A DNA stretch of 60,990 nt from Candidatus Kaiserbacteria bacterium (GCA_021413775.1 JAIOPS010000036.1:1-60990), one strand, 5' to 3'; shown: positions 37,238 to 46,795, numbered from the stretch's first letter. The notes: generated by a model not told the origin, from the letters alone. Numbers and translations: made by a program.

Positions 37238-38647
37238 TTACGTCGGGAGGTTAGGCGGCGCAGGCGCCTTCGTCGCGGGGATGCGCTGAAGACCCGGTGT
37301 AGACGATGTGCGGGAGGGCGGATGCCACATCGTCGCAAGAGTCTCGTTCGTGACGATATTGGTCGGTGTAATCCATGGAGAGTGATGAAAAATGCGGCGA
37401 CGATACGCATCGAGAAAGCGCCTCGCTGTCAGATTCCATCTGAAATCGTGCAAATCCTGCCAAGGATAGTCGAATGGATTATGCCAACGGCGCGGTCGGA
37501 AATGCGCGGCATAGTGAGGATTACCGATTGGCTTCCATAGCCATCTGGTTCCTGTGTATGTCGGGCCGTGCATGTGACCTGTTGTGATGTAGCATCCGCG
37601 AGCTCCGATTTCAAAGGGATATTTACCCAAATGGCGCTGAAGCGTTTTCATCTGCTCCTGCTGCATCCACGTCGCACGCGGCTGCGGCTGACGTTCATCT
37701 TTGCCCACTCCGAGTTCCGACACGACATCTTTATCCATGATTGCTGCGCGCGTACGGATTTTCTCGACCTCGTGCTCAACCATGTGTATCCAGTCGTGAT
37801 CCTGCTCCTGCTGGAACAGAACACCGAGGTTACCGCACTTTCGTATGACAATTTGCGCCCAGATTTGCTCCTGCGGCTCGATGTTGCTCATGAATTCCAA
37901 AACCGTCGACAGCGGGTCTATCTTGAACTCCTCTTTCGGATCTTTGTCGAGTTCGAAGTCAATATACGACTTCGGTTGATAGGCATTGATGGCAAAGGAG
38001 TCGTTCGACGGACCGTGATACGACTCAAGGCGCCAATCGGTGCAATAGATACTGTGAATCTTCGGGTCGAAGTCGAACTTGGTCGCGTAATCTTCGACGA
38101 CATGCAATTCCACCTCCGGATACTGTCCGTAAATCGCAGACTCGACTTCGTTCTGGTAATTTTTCCAGCACCAGATGAAGAAGTGGAGTTCGCCGCCGAA
38201 CGACGCGATTTCGAACGAAAAGAACGGCCGCACTTGCCCCTTCCAGCCACGGTGAATAAAGGTCGTCTCGCCCGACGAAATGGAGAACAAGCTGAAGCAA
38301 ATCTCCATGGCCCGCGGAGATTTGTAGATGTCGCGCGGTACTTTCATCTCCAGCAGTACCGGATTTCGACCGGAGAGAAAAAGTGACTGTGAATACCAGA
38401 CCCACACGCGCCAAAAGCCGATAAAGAGAGATATCGGAACCCATATCGGAGCTGTGCCGAAGAGCCAATTGAATGTAAAGAGAGGCAGGCTCGGAATAAG
38501 CTGTCCGAGAAAAATGTACAGCCCCGCAAAGAGCGTCATGAGAAACATTCCGCGCGAGACTCCCCACTCGCCGATCCAGCCTACCCAGGCGTCCAGGTCG
38601 AGCCACTCGTCGTTGATTTTTTGCAGCGGACTTTTTCCGTGCGACAT
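37238..38647 (-). CDS. conserved CPR membrane protein of unknown function
   Basis: Two N-terminal TMs; LEMKVP..KSP.AME, FSFEIAS.GGE, IYGQYPEVE..EDY pattern; no P-loop. Confidence 0.6.
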   Translation of the reverse strand: MSHGKSPLQKINDEWLDLDAWVGWIGEWGVSRGMFLMTLFAGLYIFLGQLIPSLPLFTFNWLFGTAPIWVPISLFIGFWRVWVWYSQSLFLSGRNPVLLEMKVPRDIYKSPRAMEICFSLFSISSGETTFIHRGWKGQVRPFFSFEIASFGGELHFFIWCWKNYQNEVESAIYGQYPEVELHVVEDYATKFDFDPKIHSIYCTDWRLESYHGPSNDSFAINAYQPKSYIDFELDKDPKEEFKIDPLSTVLEFMSNIEPQEQIWAQIVIRKCGNLGVLFQQEQDHDWIHMVEHEVEKIRTRAAIMDKDVVSELGVGKDERQPQPRATWMQQEQMKTLQRHLGKYPFEIGARGCYITTGHMHGPTYTGTRWLWKPIGNPHYAAHFRPRRWHNPFDYPWQDLHDFRWNLTARRFLDAYRRRIFHHSPWITPTNIVTNETLATMWHPPSRTSSTPGLQRIPATKAPAPPNLPT

Positions 38648-38698
38648 GTCGAAATAATAGCACGCAAATACTCGGTTTTTGATTTATCGTGAGGCACA

Positions 38699-38736
38699 TA
38701 CAAACTGACCCCGTCGAGTGACGGGGTCTGTTTGTA
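38699..38736 (-). terminator. strong hairpin downstream of the sigma70-r4/HARE-HTH gene
   Basis: TACAAAC-t-GACCCCGTC gagt GACGGGGTC-t-GTTTGTA inverted repeat. Confidence 0.6.
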
Positions 38737-38750
38737 GATAATTGAGAGAG

Positions 38751-39773
38751 TTACTTCGAGAGCGCGTAGCGTCCGTCGGAAAGTCGCGTAAACATACCGT
38801 TCTGAAGATTCACGGCGATTGTCGCGTCTTTGACATATCGCTCGCGCTTCACGCGGTCCACTATTTCTTCACGCGTGAGCGGACCTTCGCGCTCCAGAAT
38901 TCCTTTGACGACATCGCGCACGACCCCTGGCTCGTATCCCCACTCCTTCAGTGCGTAGAGGCCACGTCCGACCAGCACAAAACGATTGTCTTTGATGAGT
39001 TCGTTGTGCGTGGTCGCGGGATGTGTCTCGCGGCCGAAAAGCTTCTGAATGCCGGCCGCAACTTCAGTGAAGTGCATCGGAGATCCGTGGCGCTTCAGTG
39101 TGAGGTACGCAAAATCCCGGGTGTTCTTGATACGGACATGCGGGGAATCAAGACGACCCCATTCACCGAGCGGATTTTTACCGACACGCTTTGAAATAAG
39201 CAGCCAGCGCTCCAGAACTTCAGGCTGCCGGTTCTTGATACCCTGCTGCTTGAGGGCCTTTGCGAACAATTCTATGAACTCTTCCTGGGGAGTGAGTCTG
39301 TTCGGCTCGAGTGATTCATACAGAGCGGTGAGCGCGGCCTCAACCTGTTCGGACAGCGCAGCATCCACATGCCAGCGCGTCTTAAAGTCGGCGTCTTCCT
39401 TGGCACGGTCAAACGGATGTCCCACCGTCAGCAAGAAGATAATGTGATTATGGTCGGTCTCGTTTTTGGCGAGATGACCGAGGAGCGTTTCCTCTGCAAG
39501 CACGCTTCCCAGTGCATGCATCGCCTTCTTAAGGTCTTCCAGCGCAGCAAGCTGGCGTTCGTAACTCTCAGAGTCACGCACGCTTGCGATACCGTGATTC
39601 TCAATCTGACGGATGCGCTCGCGGGTAATGCCGTATTCCTGGCCGATTGCGTCCAGCGTGCGGCTCTCGCCTTTCGGCGTAAGCCCGAAACGGTCAACAA
39701 GCACCCTTCGTGAGCGGTCCGGCAGCTCGTTTAAGAGCTCCTTCGTGATTGATTTTGGTGAAAATGACAACAT
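38751..39773 (-). CDS. sigma70 region-4 HTH plus C-terminal HARE-type (RNAP delta-like) winged HTH protein
   Basis: RTLDAIGQEYGITRERIRQIE; GSPMHFTEVA..THNELI..RFVLVGRGLYALKEWG. Confidence 0.75.
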   Translation of the reverse strand: MLSFSPKSITKELLNELPDRSRRVLVDRFGLTPKGESRTLDAIGQEYGITRERIRQIENHGIASVRDSESYERQLAALEDLKKAMHALGSVLAEETLLGHLAKNETDHNHIIFLLTVGHPFDRAKEDADFKTRWHVDAALSEQVEAALTALYESLEPNRLTPQEEFIELFAKALKQQGIKNRQPEVLERWLLISKRVGKNPLGEWGRLDSPHVRIKNTRDFAYLTLKRHGSPMHFTEVAAGIQKLFGRETHPATTHNELIKDNRFVLVGRGLYALKEWGYEPGVVRDVVKGILEREGPLTREEIVDRVKRERYVKDATIAVNLQNGMFTRLSDGRYALSK

Positions 39774-39916
39774 GGTGCTTTTTTTGATATCTCACCCTAA
39801 TAATTGTTTGGCTTAAAATAAGGCTTTTCCGGCTTCATTTGACTATTCCAGCTACTGTGGTTTCGTTGTATCAAATATATGACATCTCGTCAAGCCGAGG
39901 CGGTTGTGGGCTCAGC

Positions 39917-39934
39917 GGGGACAGCTTGTCCACA
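39917..39934. promoter_or_regulatory. DnaA-box-like inverted pair upstream of dnaB
   Basis: GGGGACAG-C-TTGTCCACA; TTGTCCACA is one mismatch from TTATCCACA. Confidence 0.45.
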
Positions 39935-40000
39935 CGAAAGCAACAGAATCGGACCGGGAAAGATACCGTGCGGGCGGTGAATGAATGCTACTATCGGGTT

Positions 40001-41395
40001 ATGTCCGCACTCAATCCCCGACTCCCTCCGCAAGATATTGAAATGGAGCGCGCACTTCTCGGCGCACTGCTTATCAACCAGGGCGCAATGTACGAAGTTG
40101 CCGACCTTGTAGCCGTGGATTCTTTCTATGCGGGCAAGCACCGCACCGTGTTCGATGCAATGCTTACGCTCTACGCAAAGGGCGAGCCCATCGATGTCGT
40201 TACGGTCTCGGGCAAACTCAAGGAACGCAAGCAGCTGACAGACATCGGGGGCGCCGCGTATCTTTCGGAGCTGACGAATACCGCCGCATCTCCCGGAAGT
40301 GCCCGTCACTATGCGCAGGCGGTACAGTCAAAATTTATTTTGCGCAGTCTCATCGACGCCGCGACGAAAATCGGAGAACTGGGATTCCAGGAAGACCGCG
40401 ATATCGAACAGATTCTTGACGAAGCTCAGTCGGCGGTCTTTCGTGTCTCTTCCACACCGATGCTGCAGTCCTTTTCCGCTATCAAGGATGAACTGGCGGA
40501 AGCATGGGAGCGGCTCGAACACCTGCAAAAAAATGCCGGCGCAATGCGCGGTGTACAAACCGGCTTTAAAGCTCTCGACAACATGCTGGCGGGATTCCAG
40601 AAATCCGACCTCATTATCCTCGCCGCCCGACCTTCGATGGGTAAAACGGCGCTCGCTCTCGACATCGCCCGACAGACGGCCACGAAATTCAAAACTCCCG
40701 TGGGCATATTTTCTCTCGAAATGAGTTCCCAGCAGCTCGTCGACCGTATGCTCGCGGCTCAGTCCGGTGTGGATTCCTGGAGGCTGCGCACCGGTAAAAT
40801 TAAAAGCGACGAGGAATTCGAACGCTTGCAGGAAGGTATGAGTGCTCTCTCAGAAGCGCCTATTTATATCGATGACAAGCCGGGCTCGACCGTGCTCTCG
40901 ATGCGCTCCGTCGCACGACGCCTGAAAATGGAGAAGGACCTCGGCCTCATCATCGTCGACTACCTCCAGCTCATTACGCCGACCTCAGGTAAGGCCTCGG
41001 ATTCCATGGTGCAGCAGGTCACCGAAATATCGAGGGCACTGAAAGGCATGGCCCGAGAGCTCGACGTTCCCGTCCTCGCCCTCTCTCAGCTCTCGCGCGC
41101 CGTTGAGCAACGACGCGGACGTCCGCGCCTCTCCGACTTGCGCGACTCAGGCTCCATTGAGCAGGACGCCGACGTCGTGATGTTCATTCACCGCGAGGAC
41201 AAGATGAATTCCGACATGGGCGCCGAGAAGACGAACATCGCGGAAATACTCATCGAAAAGCACAGAAACGGGCCGGTCGGAAAAATCGACCTGCGCTTTG
41301 ATGAAGATAAAACGACGTTTATGTCCGTCGACAAGAGCGACTTTGGAGATTTTCAGCCAGAGGCATCCGTCGTTGATTCTTCCGAGCCGTTTTAA
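40001..41395 (+). CDS. dnaB: replicative DNA helicase
   Basis: LPPQDIEME, AARPSMGKT, IVDYLQL, DLRDSGSIEQDAD; ATG 40001 with TACTAT 6 nt upstream. Confidence 0.97.
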   Translation: MSALNPRLPPQDIEMERALLGALLINQGAMYEVADLVAVDSFYAGKHRTVFDAMLTLYAKGEPIDVVTVSGKLKERKQLTDIGGAAYLSELTNTAASPGSARHYAQAVQSKFILRSLIDAATKIGELGFQEDRDIEQILDEAQSAVFRVSSTPMLQSFSAIKDELAEAWERLEHLQKNAGAMRGVQTGFKALDNMLAGFQKSDLIILAARPSMGKTALALDIARQTATKFKTPVGIFSLEMSSQQLVDRMLAAQSGVDSWRLRTGKIKSDEEFERLQEGMSALSEAPIYIDDKPGSTVLSMRSVARRLKMEKDLGLIIVDYLQLITPTSGKASDSMVQQVTEISRALKGMARELDVPVLALSQLSRAVEQRRGRPRLSDLRDSGSIEQDADVVMFIHREDKMNSDMGAEKTNIAEILIEKHRNGPVGKIDLRFDEDKTTFMSVDKSDFGDFQPEASVVDSSEPF

Positions 41396-41431
41396 CGCGG
41401 ACGCGCGGTACGGTGCGGTATACTCGCTTGC

Positions 41432-42025
41432 ATGGACTCAATCGAACGGCTGTCTTCCCTCTTTGAAAAATTTCCCGGTATCGGTCCGCGGCAGGCGGGG
41501 CGATTTGTACACTACCTCCTTCGCAGCTCTCCAAGCCTCCGCAAAGAACTCATAGACGCACTCCAGAATCTGGGAGGCTCGGTAAAACAGTGCCGTGAGT
41601 GCATGCGGTATCATGCAGGTACTGCGGATGTATGCGGTATATGCGCGAACCCGCAACGTGATAACCGGCTGTTGGCGGTCGTAGCATCTGATGCCGATCT
41701 CGCCGCATTGGAGAGAAGTGGCACGTTCAGCGGACACTATTTTGTCCTGGGAGGCACCATCTCACTTGCCTCCGAACACACGTCGAATCTTCGTCTGCCG
41801 CAGTTGCTTCAGGCGGTTTCTTCGCGCATGAAAAAAGGGCTTGAAGAAATTATTCTCGCACTGCCGGCGAATCCTGAGGGGGACGCGACTGCCGTTCGCG
41901 TACGAGAAGAACTTGCGGCGTCAGCGCTGCGCGTGACGAATTTGGGAAGAGGTTTGTCCACCGGGTCTGAACTCGAGTACGCGGACCCCGAGACTATTAA
42001 GAGCGCATTCAACTCGCGTCGTTAA
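41432..42025 (+). CDS. recR: recombination protein RecR
   Basis: FPGIGPR HhH, C4 zinc finger, Toprim domain, ELEYAD. Confidence 0.93.
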   Translation: MDSIERLSSLFEKFPGIGPRQAGRFVHYLLRSSPSLRKELIDALQNLGGSVKQCRECMRYHAGTADVCGICANPQRDNRLLAVVASDADLAALERSGTFSGHYFVLGGTISLASEHTSNLRLPQLLQAVSSRMKKGLEEIILALPANPEGDATAVRVREELAASALRVTNLGRGLSTGSELEYADPETIKSAFNSRR

Positions 42026-42096
42026 TTGTGCACAGCGCCGGATTCTCGAGCCACAGGCGATGATACGCTTACTGTAGGTCTTAGGGAGTGAACATC

Positions 42097-42330
42097 ATGA
42101 GCTGCACAAATTGCGGCCACCGGGCCGCCGCCCACAACGAGGACAGTCAGGAGCGCGCATCGTATCTCGCCTTCGAAAACATCGAAGGGTATCCCTTCTC
42201 GCTCAGCCAGTGCCTGACGTTCTGTTCGCCAGGGGTCTCGAGTATCTCCGCACCGCAGGTGCAGCAGCAGGCCGGCTCGACTGCGACCTCAAGCGTTAAG
42301 AACCGCTTCGCGCAGCGCCAGCAGGGCTGA
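42097..42330 (+). CDS. small putative zinc-binding protein (CxxCGx5H...CxxF)
   Basis: GGGAG SD 8 nt upstream; CTNCGHRAAAH...CLTF; followed by a hairpin. Confidence 0.5.
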   Translation: MSCTNCGHRAAAHNEDSQERASYLAFENIEGYPFSLSQCLTFCSPGVSSISAPQVQQQAGSTATSSVKNRFAQRQQG

Positions 42331-42353
42331 TTCGGCCCGATCGACCTTTTACC

Positions 42354-42376
42354 AAATGCACCCGGTGGGTGCATTT
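42354..42376 (+). terminator. hairpin after the small protein gene
   Basis: AAATGCACCC-ggt-GGGTGCATTT perfect inverted repeat. Confidence 0.55.
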
Positions 42377-42466
42377 CGCTTTGAAATCAATCCGCTGGCG
42401 ATTGGTTGACATTGATGCGACTTGTGTTTCAATCTCGGCAGCCAGTCCGTCACCAGAGAGGTCTCC

Positions 42467-42751
42467 ATGTTTAAAGGCATCACGTTATCTCTTGTCGCCG
42501 TATCCTTTGCGGGCTACGCATTCGGCGTCTTCGTAGTACCGAGCATTCCGCTTGTCCGACCGGGCGAGAAAATTCTCATCAGCATCGACGGCAGTGTGCC
42601 CCTGTACCTCCGTTGCAATGCCGCCGGTTTCGCTCGCCGGATGTTCATCGACATGAACGGTGCGCCGCTCTACGCGGAACTGAGCATCGGACGTATCGTC
42701 TACGGTGAATTGTCTGACTCCCGCGACGCAATCGCAATCTGCACCGGATAA
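42467..42751 (+). CDS. small hypothetical membrane-anchored protein
   Basis: GAGAGG SD, N-terminal hydrophobic helix; TTGACA-16-TTCAAT promoter-like sequence at 42406-42433. Confidence 0.5.
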   Translation: MFKGITLSLVAVSFAGYAFGVFVVPSIPLVRPGEKILISIDGSVPLYLRCNAAGFARRMFIDMNGAPLYAELSIGRIVYGELSDSRDAIAICTG

Positions 42752-42761
42752 GGAGCGGCGC

Positions 42762-42947
42762 ATGAAAGAACGCGACCCCTGTAAATACTGCGGTCGGGCA
42801 AAGTTGAGTCACGGTCGCTTGCGGTTCCTGATTCCCGGCGCGCGCGTCCAGCTCCTCGGCAAGCGATCGAAGCTGATCGACTGCGAACAGTATCGCGCGG
42901 CACCGATCAAAAAGTCTGTACCGCCAGCTGCCGAGGTGAACGAATGA
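42762..42947 (+). CDS. small putative zinc-binding protein (CxxCGx5H...CxxY)
   Basis: AAGGAG SD; MKERDPCKYCGRAKLSH...DCEQY; followed by a terminator. Confidence 0.55.
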   Translation: MKERDPCKYCGRAKLSHGRLRFLIPGARVQLLGKRSKLIDCEQYRAAPIKKSVPPAAEVNE

Positions 42948-42950
42948 GAA

Positions 42951-42983
42951 CGGCCCGCTTTGCAGCGGGCCGGTTTTTTATTT
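42951..42983 (+). terminator. intrinsic terminator between the islet and the convergent rplU
   Basis: CGGCCCGCT-ttgc-AGCGGGCCG followed by TTTTTTATTT. Confidence 0.8.
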
Positions 42984-42991
42984 GGTCTGGA

Positions 42992-43312
42992 TTACGGAAG
43001 CGCCGTAATGCGAACTTTGGCGAACGCCTGGCGATGACCCTTTTTCTTGGTGTAGCGGCTCTTCTGGCGGTAGCGCATAACGACGACTTTCGGCGCGCGG
43101 CCGTTCTCGACGAGCTCCGCGGAAACCTTGGCACCCTTGATGTACGGAGCGCCCATGTCCAGCTTCGAGCCGTCGTCGGTGAGGAGAACCTTGTCGAAGG
43201 TTATTTTGTCACCCGCCTTTTCGGCGCCCTTGAGGAGTTCAACGTTGAGGACGGTGTCGTTTGTGACGACGTACTGCTTGCCGCCCGTTTCTATGATAGC
43301 TATCTTGGCCAT
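42992..43312 (-). CDS. rplU: 50S ribosomal protein L21
   Basis: IIETGGKQY, KKKGHRQ. Confidence 0.96.
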   Translation of the reverse strand: MAKIAIIETGGKQYVVTNDTVLNVELLKGAEKAGDKITFDKVLLTDDGSKLDMGAPYIKGAKVSAELVENGRAPKVVVMRYRQKSRYTKKKGHRQAFAKVRITALP

Positions 43313-43388
43313 ACGTGGGCGAAACTATAGCCTATCGTCGGGCATTGTGCAATAGTACCCCTTGACCGTGAACCAGAGAGGCTTGGTT

Positions 43389-43664
43389 ATGTTCCTTGAT
43401 GAGAAGGCGGCAGGTGAACCGCACCGGCCCGAGAGGCCGGCAGGTCTCCCCAAGCGTTTGTGGGTGGCTATACTTTTACCGATTCCCGTCGCTATCTTCA
43501 GCTATACGTTTGCTGCTGTCTACGCGCTGCTCGGTATGTGGGAGAAGTCCGCCTTGATGAGCGGTATCGCCGAGATCAGCGTCGCGTTTTCGCTTGCGAG
43601 CATGCTCGTCGCGATAATCCGCGTGCGCGGAGACGCGTCCCGCGAAACGAACCCGCCATGGTAG
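43389..43664 (+). CDS. small two-TM hypothetical protein
   Basis: GAGAGG SD-like sequence, two hydrophobic helices; fills the gap between rplU and rmuC. Confidence 0.45.
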   Translation: MFLDEKAAGEPHRPERPAGLPKRLWVAILLPIPVAIFSYTFAAVYALLGMWEKSALMSGIAEISVAFSLASMLVAIIRVRGDASRETNPPW

Positions 43665-43679
43665 GCGGGTTCTCATTTT

Positions 43680-44762
43680 TCAATCCTTCCCTTCCAAAAG
43701 AGGCTTTTCTATCGCATCGAGTTCGAAACCGACGCCCTCGCCGGTTATTCTGAGCACGTCTTTATCGATTTTGCCCAGTTCTTTATAGCCGGAATTAAAG
43801 TGATTGACGGTCGTCGAGAGAGAGTTGCCGAGCTTCTTATAGTAATCCTCATATGCGTTGAGGTGACGCCCGAGCGCCTCGACATTTTTGGCGATATCTT
43901 TCGCAGTCTCTTCGATTTTAAAGGCCTTGAAGCCGTACAGAACCGACTGAAGGTAGGCAGCGAATGTCGTCGGAGAAACGATAATCACCTTTTTCTCATT
44001 GTACGCGTAGTCAATAAGATTCCTTGTATTGACCTTGACCGAGCCGACCTCGTTTATGAGCAGGTCGTAATAAATTGCCTCTGCGGGGATGTACATGAAC
44101 GCAAACGGCAGTGTGCCGTCCTTCGGCCGCACGTACTTGGCCGTCTCGTCGATGCGCATTTTGAGGTCATTTTTGAACTGTTTCTCCAGCTCCGCACGCT
44201 GCTCGTCGTCAATCGCGTTCACGAGACGCTGGTAATTATCGAGTGAAAATTTCGCATCCACCGGAATCACACCTTCCTTTGTCACGACCACCGCATCGAC
44301 GGTTTCTCCGCCGGGAAATTCGTACTGCATCTTGAATGAGCCCGGCGGCAGGATGTTGGCAAGAATAAGTTCAAGCGAAGCTTCGCCGAGATTGCCGCGC
44401 TGTTTTTGATGCTTCAGCACCTTCTCAAGATTCGCCAGTTGTTCCGCGATGGTCATAAAGCGGGTCGTGGACTCGTTCGTCTTAGTCTGCTCGATACGGA
44501 CTTCGGTAAGCTGCTTTGCAACGAGGTCACGTATATCCGTCGCAAGGCGCTGTGACTCGCTGAATTGCGATTTCATATTTTCGAACATTCTGGTCGTGCC
44601 CTCTCCGAGCTTCACATCAAGTGCGCGGGAAAGGTCCTGCATCTGCTGCTGCAAAAGCACAAGACCCTGCGTATCTTCCGGCTGTGCGGCATTCCGGCTC
44701 CACAGCAAATACGCGACGAGCGCGATGAGTACCACCAGGAGTCCGACAACGAGCCATTCCAT
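43680..44762 (-). CDS. rmuC: DNA recombination protein RmuC
   Basis: TM plus coiled coil; RGNLGE, PVDAKFS, FAFMYIPAEAIY, IVSPTT. Confidence 0.92.
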   Translation of the reverse strand: MEWLVVGLLVVLIALVAYLLWSRNAAQPEDTQGLVLLQQQMQDLSRALDVKLGEGTTRMFENMKSQFSESQRLATDIRDLVAKQLTEVRIEQTKTNESTTRFMTIAEQLANLEKVLKHQKQRGNLGEASLELILANILPPGSFKMQYEFPGGETVDAVVVTKEGVIPVDAKFSLDNYQRLVNAIDDEQRAELEKQFKNDLKMRIDETAKYVRPKDGTLPFAFMYIPAEAIYYDLLINEVGSVKVNTRNLIDYAYNEKKVIIVSPTTFAAYLQSVLYGFKAFKIEETAKDIAKNVEALGRHLNAYEDYYKKLGNSLSTTVNHFNSGYKELGKIDKDVLRITGEGVGFELDAIEKPLLEGKD

Positions 44763-44816
44763 GGGGCGATTGTATCACGGGCTCTTTTTCCCGATGTTTT
44801 GGTATACTGTGGCCAT

Positions 44817-45269
44817 ATGCTCACGCAACAGATTCGTTCGGACATGACTACTGCAATGAAGGCAAAGGATTCGCTCAAAGTGCAAACACTTCGCGGCGCC
44901 CTAGCCGCGTTTACCAACGAGCTCGTCGCAAAGGGACGGAAGCCGACGGAGGAGCTCGTCGACGCAGATACCGTGGTTGTGCTGAAACGGCTGGCAAAGC
45001 AGCGTAAAGACTCAGCAGAACAGTTCGAAAAAGGCGGCAGACCGGAACTTGCCCAAAAAGAGACGGCTGAGCTCGCCATCATCGAAGCATATCTCCCGCA
45101 GTCCGCTTCCCGTGAAGAAATCGAGAAGGTCGCGCTCGCTAAAAAAGAGGCCTTGGGCATCACCGACGCATCGGGAGCAGGCAAGCTTACAGGTGCGGTT
45201 ATGAAAGAATTCGCCGGCCTCGCCGACGGCAATGACGTGAAGGAGGTCGTTGCAAAGATTCTCTCCTAG
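44817..45269 (+). CDS. GatB/YqeY domain protein
   Basis: AMKAKD, KQRKDSAEQF..GGR.ELA..E, YLPQ, ADG. Confidence 0.9.
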   Translation: MLTQQIRSDMTTAMKAKDSLKVQTLRGALAAFTNELVAKGRKPTEELVDADTVVVLKRLAKQRKDSAEQFEKGGRPELAQKETAELAIIEAYLPQSASREEIEKVALAKKEALGITDASGAGKLTGAVMKEFAGLADGNDVKEVVAKILS

Positions 45270-46381
45270 AAACCGGCTCGCGGCTTCGAAACGTACAGCG
45301 AAAGAAGCCCGGCGGCTCCCGCGAAAAGGAACGCCGCGGCAAGTGCTGCGCTCATCATGAGAAACGGCGCAAGACCGCCCACGAGTACGCACAGGATAAC
45401 TCTTCCGATTGCATTTCCCATTTCTTTCAAAGCCGTAAACTCGTCCACAAACGTGTGATTGTCGGCGGCCTGCTCATGCGTAACGGTGTCAACGCCGTGA
45501 CGGTCCGAATCCGCGGCTGTTGAAAATATATTTACCAGTATTACCGCGCCGCCGTTTGCCGTGAAGATTCTGAATATCCAACCCGAGGCTGCCATGGCAG
45601 TGGAGACGACCGGCGTCATCAGAATCCCCGCACGATGCAGGACACCGCGAACGAGCATAGTGAGAAGCAGCGTTACGGAGAGCACGATTCCCAGGAGCGG
45701 ATATGACTGATACAGAAGCATCCAAACGGCGATGGGCCACAGAAGGAGGAGTACCGCTCCTTCAATGCCGCCGCATATCGCCGCGATGATAAGTCTGCGA
45801 TTCTCCGGCGCAACGAGTTCGTGAAATGTACCGCGGTACGTCCAGGAAAAACCTTCATGCCGCTCTGGAAGTCTGGCGAGCGGCAGCGTCGAAAGCGCGA
45901 GGACGGCGGATGCGCACGCAAAGAGGTATGCGGGCATATCAGTAAATGAGACGAGAAGACCCGCCGCAGCCGGCATCAGCGTAACAAGTATTTCGACGGA
46001 TGTTGTACTCTTCGAAACAACCAAACTGTACGGAACGAAGTACAGAGCACGATACACGCCCATGAGAAGTGCGAACGACGTTATTCCCCAGGCCATGTCG
46101 GATATGAAGCCGCCCGCGAATGCGGCGAATGCCGCTGCCGCGGAAAGCGTTGCAAGCAGCATCGGCATTTTCATGCCTCGGCGAGTATGCCGGGCCGCAA
46201 GCGGAGTCAGAAGAACGACAACTGTATGCGTAAGCGCGTACGTCAACACGACCGAAGAGAGCGCCGCAGAAACAGACAGTGAGCGTTCGAGAAAAAATTG
46301 GAACACCGCAACCCACGCGAACGCATGTGCGGCAGAAAGCGCGATGCGCAGCAGTGACCGGTGCGCAATGAGTGCGCTCAT
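45266..46381 (-). CDS. MFS-like multi-pass membrane protein
   Basis: About 11-12 hydrophobic segments in two halves. Confidence 0.6.
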   Translation of the reverse strand: MSALIAHRSLLRIALSAAHAFAWVAVFQFFLERSLSVSAALSSVVLTYALTHTVVVLLTPLAARHTRRGMKMPMLLATLSAAAAFAAFAGGFISDMAWGITSFALLMGVYRALYFVPYSLVVSKSTTSVEILVTLMPAAAGLLVSFTDMPAYLFACASAVLALSTLPLARLPERHEGFSWTYRGTFHELVAPENRRLIIAAICGGIEGAVLLLLWPIAVWMLLYQSYPLLGIVLSVTLLLTMLVRGVLHRAGILMTPVVSTAMAASGWIFRIFTANGGAVILVNIFSTAADSDRHGVDTVTHEQAADNHTFVDEFTALKEMGNAIGRVILCVLVGGLAPFLMMSAALAAAFLFAGAAGLLSLYVSKPRAGF

Positions 46382-46746
46382 AGAGGAGTCTCAAGAGTCG
46401 GTCTCCGGTGAATAGACGCGGCGAACAGCGGGACCAAAAGGACCAGTGCATATCCCACCCACACATTCCAGTCCAGATACATGCCCCATCCGGCATACGG
46501 TACGCTCATAATCGCATCGAGCACGGCGATTTCAATCACCCATATGACGGCGTACGGAAGAATGTCTTTCTTCAAACGGAACTGCAGCGAGAGACCCGCA
46601 AGCGTGGAAAGCAGGATGAGTGTCCCGAGCGCCAAAATCCGCGAAAACAAGTTCGGATACATCCCGTAGAGCGAAAGCCCTGCGACGAGCAGGTACATGA
46701 CCGCGTATATAACGACACCCCATCCGAACATTTTCTTGAGGTTCAC
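46378..46746 (-). CDS. four-TM hypothetical membrane protein
   Basis: Hydrophobic helices; CATAAT 6 nt upstream of GTG; overlaps the next gene's start. Confidence 0.65.
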   Translation of the reverse strand: MNLKKMFGWGVVIYAVMYLLVAGLSLYGMYPNLFSRILALGTLILLSTLAGLSLQFRLKKDILPYAVIWVIEIAVLDAIMSVPYAGWGMYLDWNVWVGYALVLLVPLFAASIHRRPTLETPL

Positions 46747-46795
46747 CGCTTCATTATGCGCGACGAAAGCCGATTTGTTCGGTTACGTGTGGATA

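Noticed and set aside
39774-40000. Replication origin in the spacer upstream of dnaB
   Set aside because: Only one good and two degenerate DnaA boxes, and no dnaA or dnaN adjacent; better read as a regulatory site
39839-40000. N-terminal extension of DnaB, and similar extensions of ScpB, GrpE, YqeY, NUDIX, the M16 peptidase and ORF 51931
   Set aside because: Family similarity starts at downstream ATGs, each preceded by a -10 hexamer at 6-10 nt; the extensions are ORF-caller artefacts
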